Positions 41,653-52,649 of a stretch of 64,000 nt of DNA are shown here, piece after piece. A model generated the notes under the pieces. That model saw only the letters and a list, made by a program, of their open reading frames with translations, did no database searches and was not told where the DNA came from. Numbering within the stretch: the stretch's first letter is position 1; every line of letters begins with the position of its first letter. Location of the stretch: contig JAQGDQ010000468.1 in NCBI GenBank assembly GCA_030141605.1, positions 1-64,000 on the forward strand. The letters are read 5' to 3'. This DNA comes from Tubiluchus corallicola. Its lineage: Eukaryota; Animalia; Priapulida. A program made the translations under genes and the position numbers.

Positions 41653-44277
41653 CTACCCAACACCCGTTATCTTTTTAATCTCATTTAACTTATTCAGCGC
41701 ATCCACAGGGGTAAGATTATTAATATCTATACCCGCAATCTCATCCCTTATCTGCTTAAGAACAGGATCATCCAACTGAAAAAGACTCAACTGGAAACCT
41801 TCCCTGCTCTCTGCTATATCACCAACCGGCTTGGCAGGGCACTCTCCTTTTCTATTATCCCCTTCCAACTGCTTCAATATCTCATCTGCCCTTTTCACAA
41901 CACTCGGCGGCATACCAGCCATTCTAGCAACATGAATACCAAAACTGTGATTACTACCTCCGGGAATAAGCTTTCTCAAAAAAATAACCCTATTATCAAC
42001 CTCTTTAATAGACACATTAAAATTCTGCACCCGCCCAAATGTCTTCTCCATTTCATTCAGCTCATGGTAATGAGTGGCAAACAACGTTTTTGCTCTGGCC
42101 TTTGGATGCTCATGTATATACTCTACAATAGACCAGGCAATAGAAATACCGTCATAGGTACTCGTACCCCTCCCCAGCTCATCCAGCAATATCAGACTTC
42201 TGTCCGACAAATTATTCAAAATACTGGCAGCCTCATTCATCTCAACCATAAAGGTGGACTCCCCAAGAGAAATATTGTCGGATGCTCCCACACGCGTAAA
42301 TATCTTATCAACATAGCCTATTGTTGCAGACTCAGCAGGTACAAAACAGCCCACCTGAGACATAAGAGTAATAAGTGCAACCTGCCTTAACATTGCAGAC
42401 TTACCGGACATGTTGGGGCCGGTAACTATTATTACCTGCTGATCATCCCTATCAAGAAAAATATCATTTGCCACATAACTTTCACCCAAAGGCAACTGAT
42501 GCTCAATCACCGGATGCCTGCCACCCTTTATATCGATCACAGAACTCTCATTTACCTCAGGCCTCTTATAGCCATTCTGAATTGCTGCCACAGCAAAAGA
42601 AAGAAGACAATCGACCTGCGCAAGTACACTCGCATTTAACTGAATTATCTGTATATAATCAGACAAAGCAAACACCAGGTCACTAAACAGCTTGCCCTCC
42701 AACTCAGCAATTTTCTCCTCTGCACCGAGTATCTTGGTCTCATACTCTTTTAGCTCCTCGGTAACATATCGCTCTGCACTCACAAGTGTTTGCTTGCGTA
42801 TCCAGCTCTCCGGAACCTTATTTTTATGGGTGTTTCTCACCTCAATATAATAACCAAACACATTATTGAAGCCTATTTTCAGCGATGGAATATCTGTCTT
42901 TTCGCTCTCTCGCTTCTGCATACTGTTCAAAAAATCTTTCCCCGAACACGCTATGCTCCGTAACCTATCAAGCTCTTCCGATACACCGTCAGCTATAACC
43001 TTACCTTTCCCAACCTGCGTTGAAGGACCCTCTACTATCTCTTTATCAATCCTAGCTCGTATCGTCTCACAAGTATTTAACTGCTCCCCAAAACGGTTTA
43101 ATGTCCTATTCCCAGACTTCTCACACAACTGCTTTATAGATGCTATAACAGTTAAAGCATTTCGGAGCTGACGTACCTCCCTAGGATTAATACGCCCCAC
43201 AGCAACTTTCGATATGACCCTCTCTAAATCACCAACATGCTGCATATGCTCCTCCATACCCTCCCTTAAATCCGGGAACTCAATGAAATGCCCAACCACA
43301 TCAAGCCTTTCATTTATGCGCCCAACCTCCTTTAAAGGTAGTGCAATCCACCTTTTAAGCATTCTGGCACCCATAGGAGACACCGTCTTATCAATAACAT
43401 CCACAAGTGTCTTTGCACCCTCGTTAATAGAAGAAAATAGCTCCAGATTTCTAACAGTAAAACGATCGAGCCACACATACTTCCCCTCCTCAACACGCGA
43501 CAACCCGGTAATATGGGAAACACGGTTGTGCTGTGTAATATCCAGGTAGTGTAAAATGGCGCCTGAAGCAATTATTCCCAACGGAAGACCTTGTACACCA
43601 TAACCCTTTAGCGATCTGGTCTCAAAGTGGCGTATTAACCTCTCCTCCGCAGCATCCTCAGTATAAACCCAGTCTTCAAGTGAAAACCTATAAAGCTTAT
43701 CGCCAAAATGCTTATTAAACAACTCCTCCCTCCCCTTCTGAAAAAGAACCTCCTTAGGCTGAAAACTATTTAAAAGCTTATCTACATACTCAAGCGAACC
43801 TTCTGCTGTAAAAAACTCGCCTGTAGATATATCTAAAAATGAAACCCCACCCTTGCTCTTATTGAAATGTACTGATGCCAGAAAATTATTTTCCCTGTGC
43901 TCTAAAACATTATCATTAAAAGAAACTCCCGGAGTTACCAGCTCAGTAATACCCCTCTTTACAACCTTCTTTGCAACTTTCGGATCCTCCAGCTGCTCAC
44001 ATATTGCCACTCTTTGCCCAGCACGAACCAGCTTTGGCAAATAGGTATCAAGAGAATGATGTGGAAAACCGGCAAGCTCAACATAGCTGGCCGCCCCATT
44101 AGCTCTCCGGGTAAGCGTGATACCCAATATCTCGGAGGCCTTTATCGCATCCATCCCAAACGTCTCATAAAAATCACCCACACGAAAAAGTAGTACAGCA
44201 TCAGGATGCTTTGCCTTAATGCTATAGTACTGCTTCATCAAAGGCGTTTCAACATATTTTTTCTTAGTAACGGGCAC
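41653..44277 (-). CDS. mutS: DNA mismatch repair protein MutS
   Basis: [46 protein letters not shown]. Confidence 0.98.
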   Translation of the reverse strand: MPVTKKKYVETPLMKQYYSIKAKHPDAVLLFRVGDFYETFGMDAIKASEILGITLTRRANGAASYVELAGFPHHSLDTYLPKLVRAGQRVAICEQLEDPKVAKKVVKRGITELVTPGVSFNDNVLEHRENNFLASVHFNKSKGGVSFLDISTGEFFTAEGSLEYVDKLLNSFQPKEVLFQKGREELFNKHFGDKLYRFSLEDWVYTEDAAEERLIRHFETRSLKGYGVQGLPLGIIASGAILHYLDITQHNRVSHITGLSRVEEGKYVWLDRFTVRNLELFSSINEGAKTLVDVIDKTVSPMGARMLKRWIALPLKEVGRINERLDVVGHFIEFPDLREGMEEHMQHVGDLERVISKVAVGRINPREVRQLRNALTVIASIKQLCEKSGNRTLNRFGEQLNTCETIRARIDKEIVEGPSTQVGKGKVIADGVSEELDRLRSIACSGKDFLNSMQKRESEKTDIPSLKIGFNNVFGYYIEVRNTHKNKVPESWIRKQTLVSAERYVTEELKEYETKILGAEEKIAELEGKLFSDLVFALSDYIQIIQLNASVLAQVDCLLSFAVAAIQNGYKRPEVNESSVIDIKGGRHPVIEHQLPLGESYVANDIFLDRDDQQVIIVTGPNMSGKSAMLRQVALITLMSQVGCFVPAESATIGYVDKIFTRVGASDNISLGESTFMVEMNEAASILNNLSDRSLILLDELGRGTSTYDGISIAWSIVEYIHEHPKARAKTLFATHYHELNEMEKTFGRVQNFNVSIKEVDNRVIFLRKLIPGGSNHSFGIHVARMAGMPPSVVKRADEILKQLEGDNRKGECPAKPVGDIAESREGFQLSLFQLDDPVLKQIRDEIAGIDINNLTPVDALNKLNEIKKITGVG

Positions 44278-44410
44278 AAACTATCTCCTATATGATTTAT
44301 ATGAACAAATATAAAAAAAACAAAATCAATCTGATTAGCAGTTAAAACCCGTAATAGAATATTAAAGCACCAGCAATCTGCTAAAAATGCAAAACCTTAC
44401 CTAAGAACAG

Positions 44411-44541
44411 AAGCCTTTACAAAACAAAACACTTTGGCTTGCACCAAAAAGAATCAATGAAAGCTTTCGGCTCGCTTATTAATCAAAACTTTAAAAAATA
44501 TTCTCACAAAAAATTAAAAAAATAAGCTTTGTGAAATGCTC
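44411..44541 (+). repeat. Palindromic MITE-like repeat (degenerate); right tip overlaps the stop codon of the DUF4105 gene
   Basis: aagcctttacaaaacaaaacactttggct...tcaatgaaag...aataagctttgtgaaatgctc. Confidence 0.6.
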
Positions 44542-45712
44542 AAACCTTAGGTAAAATATTTTTCAATGCCCTTGAAAACAATATCAGAGACAACGGAAAA
44601 ACAAGCCAATGAAATGACTGCGGAGAAAATACTGCCAAAAGATAAAACAGGCCTAAAACTACCACAGTAAACCTGTGATAATATATAAACCACCTCCTTT
44701 TATGCTTAAACAACAAAAAAAAAGCAAACACAAAATGCATAGGCAGAGCCCATATAACATTTAGATTCCACTCTGTTGTAGGATGCTCTGAAAAAAATGT
44801 GAGGAATGAAAGAACTATTCCAACTATTCCAAAACCAAAATAAACTACAAAATCTGTCCACACACTATGCCTGCAAGCCAAAAACCCCTTTGCCCCCGCA
44901 AACAAAGCAATCAGTGTCAGCCCAATAATAATAACAGCAGGAGAAAACGGATCGAACACAACACCCTTCTCAGATGCAGCAAGAACAGCTACCACAGGCC
45001 CACAAAGTGGTTGCTCTCCGGTAGAACGCACCACATAGGCCCGCTCAAAATTCCCGGAAAGATGCTCAGGGAGAAACATCTTTTCATATGAAGTTATTAC
45101 CTCATCCGCAGGAATGCCCAAAACAACTTTTATACCAAAATCAAACCATGTCTTCCGGGGAACACATGTCTCCACCATCTGCCGAAAAGTGTATTGCGGT
45201 AAACCATCATCCACCCAGTGAACATTAGAACCCAATACCTCCTCTACTTTATCCCTAAGCTTCGTAGCACAATTATTAAAAAAATAGCTATACCTGTATC
45301 TCCTGTTCTCCGGGCGATTATCATCACGCAGTATATCCAGCAACATCTGCTTCTCATCGTGTGATAGATTCAATTTTTGCTCACTGACACTAACACCCCT
45401 GCTCCTACAACTACTTAAAAAATAACTATATCTATCTATCCCGGACATATAATCTGTCTCACCCTTTGCAAAACGATAGGCAAAATTAGGTGAGCTAAAA
45501 TCAAAACGCCCATAATCAAATATAAGGTCAATACCTGACCTGGGATCATGTACACGAAACCCGCTGTGTCCAAAGAAAGTGTAAACCTCATCCCCACTTC
45601 CAGATGTAATAAGGCTTATCTCCGCTTCTGGAGATAACAATATATTAGCCATGGCTCCCCTTACAAACAGGAGTAGCAACAATGTATATAATAACTGTCT
45701 CACACTACACAC
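44540..45712 (-). CDS. DUF4105 / Lnb-type lipoprotein N-acyltransferase-like membrane protein
   Basis: FGHSGFRV, YGRFDF, YRYSYFFNNCATK, C-terminal TM helices. Confidence 0.75.
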   Translation of the reverse strand: MCSVRQLLYTLLLLLFVRGAMANILLSPEAEISLITSGSGDEVYTFFGHSGFRVHDPRSGIDLIFDYGRFDFSSPNFAYRFAKGETDYMSGIDRYSYFLSSCRSRGVSVSEQKLNLSHDEKQMLLDILRDDNRPENRRYRYSYFFNNCATKLRDKVEEVLGSNVHWVDDGLPQYTFRQMVETCVPRKTWFDFGIKVVLGIPADEVITSYEKMFLPEHLSGNFERAYVVRSTGEQPLCGPVVAVLAASEKGVVFDPFSPAVIIIGLTLIALFAGAKGFLACRHSVWTDFVVYFGFGIVGIVLSFLTFFSEHPTTEWNLNVIWALPMHFVFAFFLLFKHKRRWFIYYHRFTVVVLGLFYLLAVFSPQSFHWLVFPLSLILFSRALKNILPKV

Positions 45713-45724
45713 TTCAATCCCGCA

Positions 45725-46144
45725 CTACTGCCATACACCAATAATTGCTCCCATTACCATATACCCGGCACAATTAAATCCGGCATGAATAAAAAACAAC
45801 TTCAGTGAACGCCGCTCGTATAAAACATCTGTTATCCTAGCTGTAGATATGCATAATATGGAAACCATAGCTCCAACAATAGCTCCGGAAGCGGGACATA
45901 CACTTGAACCAATAATCAGAGCAATGAAAAAAGCAGCAATAAAAGAAAACACGAAATTCAGAACAAAAACCAACCAGAGAGGCAAGCCCCCTTTCAAATC
46001 CTCCTCAGTAAAACCATTCTCCTTCATCCAGCTCTTTGCAAAAAGTAGTGGAGAATACCATAAACTGCCAACAAGCATGTACGACACAGCAGCAACCAGC
46101 ACTGCTAAAAAATTCACCGAATGAACCGACAACCAATCACTCAT
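45725..46144 (-). CDS. DUF1761 family membrane protein
   Basis: NFLAVLVAA...GSLWYSPLLFAKSW. Confidence 0.8.
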   Translation of the reverse strand: MSDWLSVHSVNFLAVLVAAVSYMLVGSLWYSPLLFAKSWMKENGFTEEDLKGGLPLWLVFVLNFVFSFIAAFFIALIIGSSVCPASGAIVGAMVSILCISTARITDVLYERRSLKLFFIHAGFNCAGYMVMGAIIGVWQ

Positions 46145-46246
46145 AATATACTAGATTTTAATATCTTACAATAATACAAACACACTTAATGGTGCAATTT
46201 ACCATTAAAAAAACTTTTTGTCAAAAAATTACACCTACTACTCAAA

Positions 46247-47014
46247 TCAAAACCTTTCAAAAACTCCAAGACCAAATAGTGCAAAATCATACTTTACAGG
46301 ATCCTCCTTATCAAAAAATGCTAACCGTGATGTCAGCTCCTCCACTGCCTTCCAATCATTTTGTTTACGAGCAAGCAGCCCCAGCTTACGAGCAACACTC
46401 CCTGAATGTACATCAAGAGGCATCATTAATGCAGACGGAGGAATTCTTTTCCATATCCCAAAATCCACACCATACTGGTCACTCCTAACCATCCACCTCA
46501 AAAACATATTAATACGCTTTGCAGCAGATCCTTTACCAGGGTTGGCAAACTGCTTCTCAGTTCTTCTTTCAGGACCATAACCCATAAAAACATGCCTAAA
46601 GTGGCTGATAGCACCGGCCACACTATTCATCCTATCATACCCCATAGAGAAAACAGCCTCCATCCCTCCATGCTCCTTGTAAATATGGCTTAATGCTTCC
46701 AAGAAATATCGGCAATCAATCCCATTAAAAGTGCGGTGCACAAAACTGCCAAACTTCGCAAAATCCCGACTTTGTGAGCACATCAAAAACTCGTAGGGCC
46801 GATTATCCATCAACCCCACCAAAGAAATCGCATTTTTTACTATCACTGGACGTTGCCCCCAAGCGATAGTTGCCGACATAAAACCTGCAATCTCTATATC
46901 CTCTTTCTTGCTAAACCTTTTGGGAACCTGTATTGGATCGGTTTCAACAAAAACAGGATTGTTGTACCGGTAGTACTTCTCCTCTAAAAAATCTCTGAGA
47001 CTCTCCTCTTTCAT
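46247..47014 (-). CDS. TIGR02757/DUF2400 family protein
   Basis: DPIQVP, SAAKRINMFLRWMVR, PLDVH, DPVKYDFALFGLG. Confidence 0.88.
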   Translation of the reverse strand: MKEESLRDFLEEKYYRYNNPVFVETDPIQVPKRFSKKEDIEIAGFMSATIAWGQRPVIVKNAISLVGLMDNRPYEFLMCSQSRDFAKFGSFVHRTFNGIDCRYFLEALSHIYKEHGGMEAVFSMGYDRMNSVAGAISHFRHVFMGYGPERRTEKQFANPGKGSAAKRINMFLRWMVRSDQYGVDFGIWKRIPPSALMMPLDVHSGSVARKLGLLARKQNDWKAVEELTSRLAFFDKEDPVKYDFALFGLGVFERF

Positions 47015-47045
47015 CCATTAACCTATAACAAAAGATCCACTTTAA

Positions 47046-47705
47046 TCACCCCTTGATTAAACCATCGCTTATCCTTACCATCCTGTCGGCTATCCCTGCA
47101 AAATGCTCATCATGCGTTACTACAATAAACGTCTGGTCAAACTTCTCTCGCAGATTAAAAAAAAGCTTGAATAACTCTTTTTGATTCTTTGAATCAAGAT
47201 TTCCCGACGGCTCATCTGCAAGCACAACAGAAGGCTTGTTGATCAATGCACGTGCCACAGCCACACGCTGCTTCTCACCTCCTGAAAGCTCCGCTGGCTT
47301 ATGCTCCATCCTATCTTGCAAATCAAGTATCTCCAAAAGCTCCTTTGCACTGGACTCAACATCAACCTTGCTGCGATGAGCAATATAGCCCGGAATGGAA
47401 ACATTCTCGAGGGCTGTAAACTCTGGCAATAGATGATGAAACTGAAAAACAAAACCTATCTCCTTATTTCTAAAACGGGCAAGCCTCTTGTCCCCAAAAG
47501 TAAAAACATCCCGGTTGTTGATCCACACCTTTCCGGAATCAGGCCTCCCCAGCGTACCAAGAATTTGCAATAAAGTGGTTTTCCCTGCTCCGCTGGCGCC
47601 TACAACAGAAACAATCTCCCCTTTCTTTACATCAAGAGAAACATCCTTCAGTACCTGGAAACTATCAAAAGATTTTGCAATCCGCTCTGCTCTTAACATA
47701 TTCAA
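47046..47705 (-). CDS. lolD: LolD-like ABC ATP-binding protein
   Basis: GASGAGKT, GFVFQFHHLLPEFTALENV, LSGGEKQR, ADEPSGNLD. Confidence 0.8.
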   Translation of the reverse strand: MNMLRAERIAKSFDSFQVLKDVSLDVKKGEIVSVVGASGAGKTTLLQILGTLGRPDSGKVWINNRDVFTFGDKRLARFRNKEIGFVFQFHHLLPEFTALENVSIPGYIAHRSKVDVESSAKELLEILDLQDRMEHKPAELSGGEKQRVAVARALINKPSVVLADEPSGNLDSKNQKELFKLFFNLREKFDQTFIVVTHDEHFAGIADRMVRISDGLIKG

Positions 47706-47779
47706 TGCATTATATAATCACAAAAATATTTGAAAAAACGAAAAAGGCATGCAAGTATTACCGCCAGAAACACAAGGCA

Positions 47780-47910
47780 AGGCCTTTGTAAAACAAAAGA
47801 CTCTGGCTCGGATTGATAAAAAACTAAACTAGAAAAAACCACAACTTACTAATAATAAATGAGGATTCTGACAAAATTAATTAACCAAAAGATGAAACTT
47901 GCGCTCGCTT
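47780..47910 (+). repeat. Palindromic MITE-like repeat
   Basis: aggcctttgtaaaac...aaaaccacaacttactaataataaatgaggattctgacaaaattaattaaccaaaagatgaaacttgc. Confidence 0.75.
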
Positions 47911-47939
47911 AAGCTAATAAACTCCACTGCAAACCCCGG

Positions 47940-48947
47940 TTATCTGCAACACTCCCTAAAATAGAAAATCGTGACAATATAAATAATATACAGCACAAAC
48001 AAAATGGCACCTCCAAAGCGGCTAAGCATACTCCCTGCCGGACTTAAAAGCATTGAAAAACCACCTCTACCATGTGAGTGTAAAAAACGTATATTTGAGA
48101 TAACAGGAATAATAAATATAACTAGAAGAAGCGAAAACAATACCATCCAGATAACATCATATACAAACTCTTCAAAAATAACATCGATAGCCTCTAGTGA
48201 TGCAGTAATGCCAACCACTCCCAATATATTAAATATATTAGACCCTAATATATTTCCGATAGAAATATCTATCTCTCTCCTTGTTACAGCAACCAGTGAT
48301 GTAGTCAGCTCAGGAATACTTGTACCAAAAGCAACAACAGATATAGATATAACCCGCTCTTCAACTCCAAAACTATCGGCAACAGCAGAAGCTCCACCTA
48401 TTAAAAGCTTAGAACCAACTCCTAACCCTACACAGGACAAGACAATCATAATAACGCAAACACCAAACCTGAATTGAGGGGGAAGACTCCCTTTTGCTCT
48501 CTGGGTCTTTCTTGAACGATAGATACTAAACCATATAAAGGCGATAAGTACTCCTACCAAAATGACACCTTCATAACGTGAAATAGTGGAATCTGAAATA
48601 AAAAAACAAAACATCAGCCCAGAAACAAACATAACAGGCCACCAATATCGAACAACATCAACCTTAACAGGTAAAACTGCAAATATGGCAGTCACACCTA
48701 GAACCATGGCTATATTAGCAATATTTGACCCAATCACACTGCCCAAAGCAATATCTGGATATCCGGAAAACACAGCACTGACACTCACAACCAGCTCAGG
48801 AGCGGAAGTTCCCAACGCCACAATAGTAAGCCCTACTACAAGGGTAGAAATCTTAAAATGACAAGCAAGACTCCTACCTCCTTTAACAAGACACTCCCCA
48901 CTTAAAACAACTATTACTAATCCTGAAATGAGATGTATATATTCCAA
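47940..48947 (-). CDS. Calcium/sodium antiporter (YrbG-like)
   Basis: Two alpha repeats, GTSAPE...GSNIAN and GTSIPE...GSNIFN; likely TTG start at 48947. Confidence 0.88.
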   Translation of the reverse strand: MEYIHLISGLVIVVLSGECLVKGGRSLACHFKISTLVVGLTIVALGTSAPELVVSVSAVFSGYPDIALGSVIGSNIANIAMVLGVTAIFAVLPVKVDVVRYWWPVMFVSGLMFCFFISDSTISRYEGVILVGVLIAFIWFSIYRSRKTQRAKGSLPPQFRFGVCVIMIVLSCVGLGVGSKLLIGGASAVADSFGVEERVISISVVAFGTSIPELTTSLVAVTRREIDISIGNILGSNIFNILGVVGITASLEAIDVIFEEFVYDVIWMVLFSLLLVIFIIPVISNIRFLHSHGRGGFSMLLSPAGSMLSRFGGAILFVLYIIYIVTIFYFRECCR

Positions 48948-48991
48948 AACAAATAGTGTGTTTAAAGAAAAATGCAGAAAACACGACAACC

Positions 48992-49309
48992 TCAGTCCTT
49001 CAGCTCTTTCTCAATCTCTCTGCTCATATCGTTTGCGTCACGCTCAATCTCTCTACTCATATCGCTTGCATCACGACTAACAGAATCGGAAACTTCATTT
49101 ATATCCTTACGAATACCATCGGTATGTTCTTCAAGCTCACGCTTTATGTCATTAGTAGCTTTTTTAAACTCCCTCATCCCTTTACCTATGGTCTTTGCAA
49201 TATCAGGTATACTTCTTGCTCCAAAAAACAAAAGGGCCAACAACATCACCAATACCAACTCCGAACCACTAACAAAAAGCATAACACTCATCATTACCAC
49301 TCCTTTCAT
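48992..49309 (-). CDS. tatA: TatA/TatB family twin-arginine translocase subunit
   Basis: TM helix then FFGARSIPDIAKTIGKGMREFKKA; start position uncertain (49309-49291). Confidence 0.8.
   Translation of the reverse strand: MKGVVMMSVMLFVSGSELVLVMLLALLFFGARSIPDIAKTIGKGMREFKKATNDIKRELEEHTDGIRKDINEVSDSVSRDASDMSREIERDANDMSREIEKELKD
49010..49075. repeat. 33-bp in-frame tandem duplication in tatA
   Basis: 30/33 identical; encodes RDASDMSREIE / RDANDMSREIE. Confidence 0.85.
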
Positions 49310-49473
49310 CCTTAACAGCAAGCCTCCAAAAGCCGGATAGAAGCTTGCTGAAATAAAGAAACTATTCTATCATAAACTTACAAATTACACTCATCAGCCT
49401 CGCTATAGCAAATACCTGTCACTCTATTCTATATCACCGCGTATAAGGCAATCACAGTGGTGCCATTTAAATA

Positions 49474-52400
49474 CTACCTCCTCCTTCTTTTCTTTTTACT
49501 CTCAGCAACCTTCTCTACCTTTTTATTCTTAGTTGCTTCATAAGATATTGGTGTTGCAATAAACAGAGAAGAATACGTACCTATAACTACACCCATCAAT
49601 AATGCAAAAGTAAACCCTTTGATAGAGGTTCCTCCAAACAGGAAGATTGCCAACAAAACAATAAGGGTTGATAGTGATGTACTAAACGTACGCCGTAATG
49701 TGCTATTCAATGCAGAATCAATCACCTCTACGCGATCTTTCTTCGGATGTAGCTTCAAATACTCCCTGATACGGTCAAATACAACCACCGTATCATTAAT
49801 AGAATATCCCAACACTGTAAGAATTGCCGCAATAAAGGCCTGATCCGCTTCTAAAGAAAATGGGAGCACTCCATCAAGAAGGGCAAACATTCCAAGAACA
49901 ATTATCGAATCGTGAACAAGAGCGGAAATAGCCCCCAGCCCATACTGCCATGTACGGAAACGTATAAGTATGTAGAGAAAAATAATCAACAATGCAAAAA
50001 AGATAGAAATAACAGCATCTCTGCGAATATCATCAGATATAGTTGCCCCAACCTTTTGTGAGCTCATTTTATAATTAGAAAGAAAATCATCTTTCGACAC
50101 ATCCGATTCAATAAACTTTTTCATCCCTTCATACAGACGGCTCTCTACATCTTCATCAATATCAGTTCCATCCTCGCCTATCCTGTAATCGGTAGTAATC
50201 CGTACTTGGTTGTCACCACCAAAAGTTTTCACTTCAGGAGTAGCACCAAACTCCAGAGACAGAGTCTGGGCAACATCAGCAACCAATACAGGATTATTCA
50301 ACCTTACAACATATGCGCGCCCCCCCTTAAAATCTATTGATGTATTTAAACCTTTAGTAGTTAAAACTACCAGGGAGGTAACTACTAGCAGCCCGGAAAC
50401 AACATAAGCAAGCTTGCGCTTCTCGAGAAACTTAATATCAGACTTGCGTAACCAGCTCCTTGTCAGAGCAGTAACAAATGTCACCTTCCTGTTTCTGTGC
50501 AGCCATCTTTCAAATATCAGACGAGTAATAAAAATTGCACTAAACAGTGATGTCAATATTCCAATTATAAGAGTAGTAGCAAACCCTTTTATAGGACCGG
50601 AACCAAACATATAGAGAACAACTCCTGTTAAAAGTGTTGTTAACTGACCGTCAATAATTGCTGAATAGGCATTAGCATACCCCTCCTTTACAGCCAGCTT
50701 GATCCCTTTACCTGCCTGCAGCTCCTCCTGCACTCGCTCATATATCAGCACATTAGCGTCTACAGACATACCTATTGTCAATACTATTCCGGCAATACCG
50801 GGAAGAGTAAGCACCGCTCCAAGTGAAGCAAGCACTCCCACAACAAAGAACAGGTTGGCAATAAGAGCAATATTAGCTACAAGGCCTGCGCGCCCACTAT
50901 AGAAGATAAACATATAGACCAGAATAAAGACAAAGGCTATTACAAACGACCAAAGACCGCTCTGAATAGACTCTCTCCCTAAAGTAGGCCCCACTACATC
51001 CTCTTGTATAATCCGGGCGGGAGCAGGCATCTTACCAGACTTAAGCATATTTGCAAGGTCTTTCGCCTCATTAACGGTAAACTGCCCCTTTATCTCTGTA
51101 CGTCCACCTGATATCTCACCCTCCACAGTAGGGAAAGACTGTACATAGTCATCCAGGACAATCGCAATTGACCGACCAACGTTTTCACGCGTTATGCGGG
51201 CCCAAACCTTAGCACCCTCGCTATTCATGCTCATATTTACCACACAAATAGCCTGGCTACGCCCAAAATCCTGGCGGGCATCCGTAACAACATCTCCGTC
51301 AAGCGGCGCACGACCATCACGTCCTGTAACCTTTAACGCCAACAACTGGAAGAAATTACCAGTATCGTCATACGGCTTTGCCGTCCAGCGAAATATCATG
51401 TTGCGAGGGAAAATAGACCTAATTTGAGGCATACTCATATAATCGTTAACACTTGCAGTATCCTTAAAATGAGCATAACCAACAACAGGCCCTCTCATAA
51501 TTTGCCCTTCACGAGTAGTATTAGGATTTAAAACAGCAAACAAAGGGAAGTTCTTGGCAATATCATCCGGTGTACCAGCCAACAACGAATCGGTAGCCTG
51601 TTGCACCTCATCTATCAGCCCAAGCCCTTCCTCTCCTACCTCTTCCTCTGCTTTATCTCCAGTATCATCCCCTTTATCCTCATCAGTAAGCTCAATATCT
51701 TCATCTACTGACCGCATTTCGCGCAAGCGCTGATTTGCCTCAAGCATATATTCATAAACCTCACTATTCTCATATGTTTCCCAGAACTCCAGCTTAGCTG
51801 TACCTTGTAAAAGCTTTCTCACTCGCTCCTGATCCTCTGCACCAGGAAGCTCCACAAGTATACGCCCTTTGGTTTGCAGCTTCTGTATATTGGGCTGTGC
51901 CACACCAAAACGGTCAATACGTGTGCGTATAATATTAAAAGAATTATCAATTGCATTATCAGTCTCCTGGCGTATAACATCAAGCACATCTGCATTTGTC
52001 GAATTAAAACCAATCTTATCTCTCAGCTCCATTGTCGTAAATATAGCAGCGAGCCGCGCATTTGGGTCAACCTCCTCAAATGCCTTTCCAAAAAGCGTAA
52101 CAAAATCATCCTGGGACTCCCGATAACGCTCAATAGTCAGATTCATAGCCTTAACAAAAGTAGGATCCTGGCTGTAATTTGACATCGAACGAATCAGATC
52201 CACAACAGACACCTCAAGCGTTACATTCATCCCTCCCTGTAAATCAAGACCGAGATTTATCTCATTCTCCTTTACCTCTCGATAGTTATAGCCTTTTATC
52301 CACAAAAAATTGTATACAGTCTCACTGGAAATTGAATCCAGGTAGTAAGCCTCCAACTCCGGATCGCCGTTTGCATAGTTGCGAGCAGCTCTCTCAACCT

Positions 52401-52488
52401 CCTTAGCCTTAAATGTAAACATCAATTGGTATAAGCAAACCAAAGCCAACAGGGCAGTGAAAAGCTTTATCATTCCTTTATTCTGCAT
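49474..52488 (-). CDS. secDF: Protein translocase subunit SecDF (fused)
   Basis: LGLDLQGG, RIDRFGV, GMSVDANVLIYER, GYSINDTVVVFDRIRE. Confidence 0.97.
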   Translation of the reverse strand: MQNKGMIKLFTALLALVCLYQLMFTFKAKEVERAARNYANGDPELEAYYLDSISSETVYNFLWIKGYNYREVKENEINLGLDLQGGMNVTLEVSVVDLIRSMSNYSQDPTFVKAMNLTIERYRESQDDFVTLFGKAFEEVDPNARLAAIFTTMELRDKIGFNSTNADVLDVIRQETDNAIDNSFNIIRTRIDRFGVAQPNIQKLQTKGRILVELPGAEDQERVRKLLQGTAKLEFWETYENSEVYEYMLEANQRLREMRSVDEDIELTDEDKGDDTGDKAEEEVGEEGLGLIDEVQQATDSLLAGTPDDIAKNFPLFAVLNPNTTREGQIMRGPVVGYAHFKDTASVNDYMSMPQIRSIFPRNMIFRWTAKPYDDTGNFFQLLALKVTGRDGRAPLDGDVVTDARQDFGRSQAICVVNMSMNSEGAKVWARITRENVGRSIAIVLDDYVQSFPTVEGEISGGRTEIKGQFTVNEAKDLANMLKSGKMPAPARIIQEDVVGPTLGRESIQSGLWSFVIAFVFILVYMFIFYSGRAGLVANIALIANLFFVVGVLASLGAVLTLPGIAGIVLTIGMSVDANVLIYERVQEELQAGKGIKLAVKEGYANAYSAIIDGQLTTLLTGVVLYMFGSGPIKGFATTLIIGILTSLFSAIFITRLIFERWLHRNRKVTFVTALTRSWLRKSDIKFLEKRKLAYVVSGLLVVTSLVVLTTKGLNTSIDFKGGRAYVVRLNNPVLVADVAQTLSLEFGATPEVKTFGGDNQVRITTDYRIGEDGTDIDEDVESRLYEGMKKFIESDVSKDDFLSNYKMSSQKVGATISDDIRRDAVISIFFALLIIFLYILIRFRTWQYGLGAISALVHDSIIVLGMFALLDGVLPFSLEADQAFIAAILTVLGYSINDTVVVFDRIREYLKLHPKKDRVEVIDSALNSTLRRTFSTSLSTLIVLLAIFLFGGTSIKGFTFALLMGVVIGTYSSLFIATPISYEATKNKKVEKVAESKKKRRRR

Positions 52489-52550
52489 ATAGACTTAATT
52501 TATCTTTAATATATCTTTTACAACTTTAAATAACTCTCTAAACAAGCACG

Positions 52551-52558
52551 CAAATATA
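52551..52558 (-). promoter_or_regulatory. Bacteroidota -7 element (TATATTTG) upstream of secDF
   Basis: TAnnTTTG match. Confidence 0.55.
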
Positions 52559-52649
52559 TCTATTTTTCCTGAATATAATAGCAGACCTACGGTTCCATAT
52601 CTCTAACCAAGTCCTCTAATAGCTACAACTAAATTATATCCATTCAGGA

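Noticed and set aside
46247-46270. aaaacctttcaaaaactcc resembling the repeat end
   Set aside because: Explained by the coding end (GVFERF) of the TIGR02757 gene; no repeat body follows.
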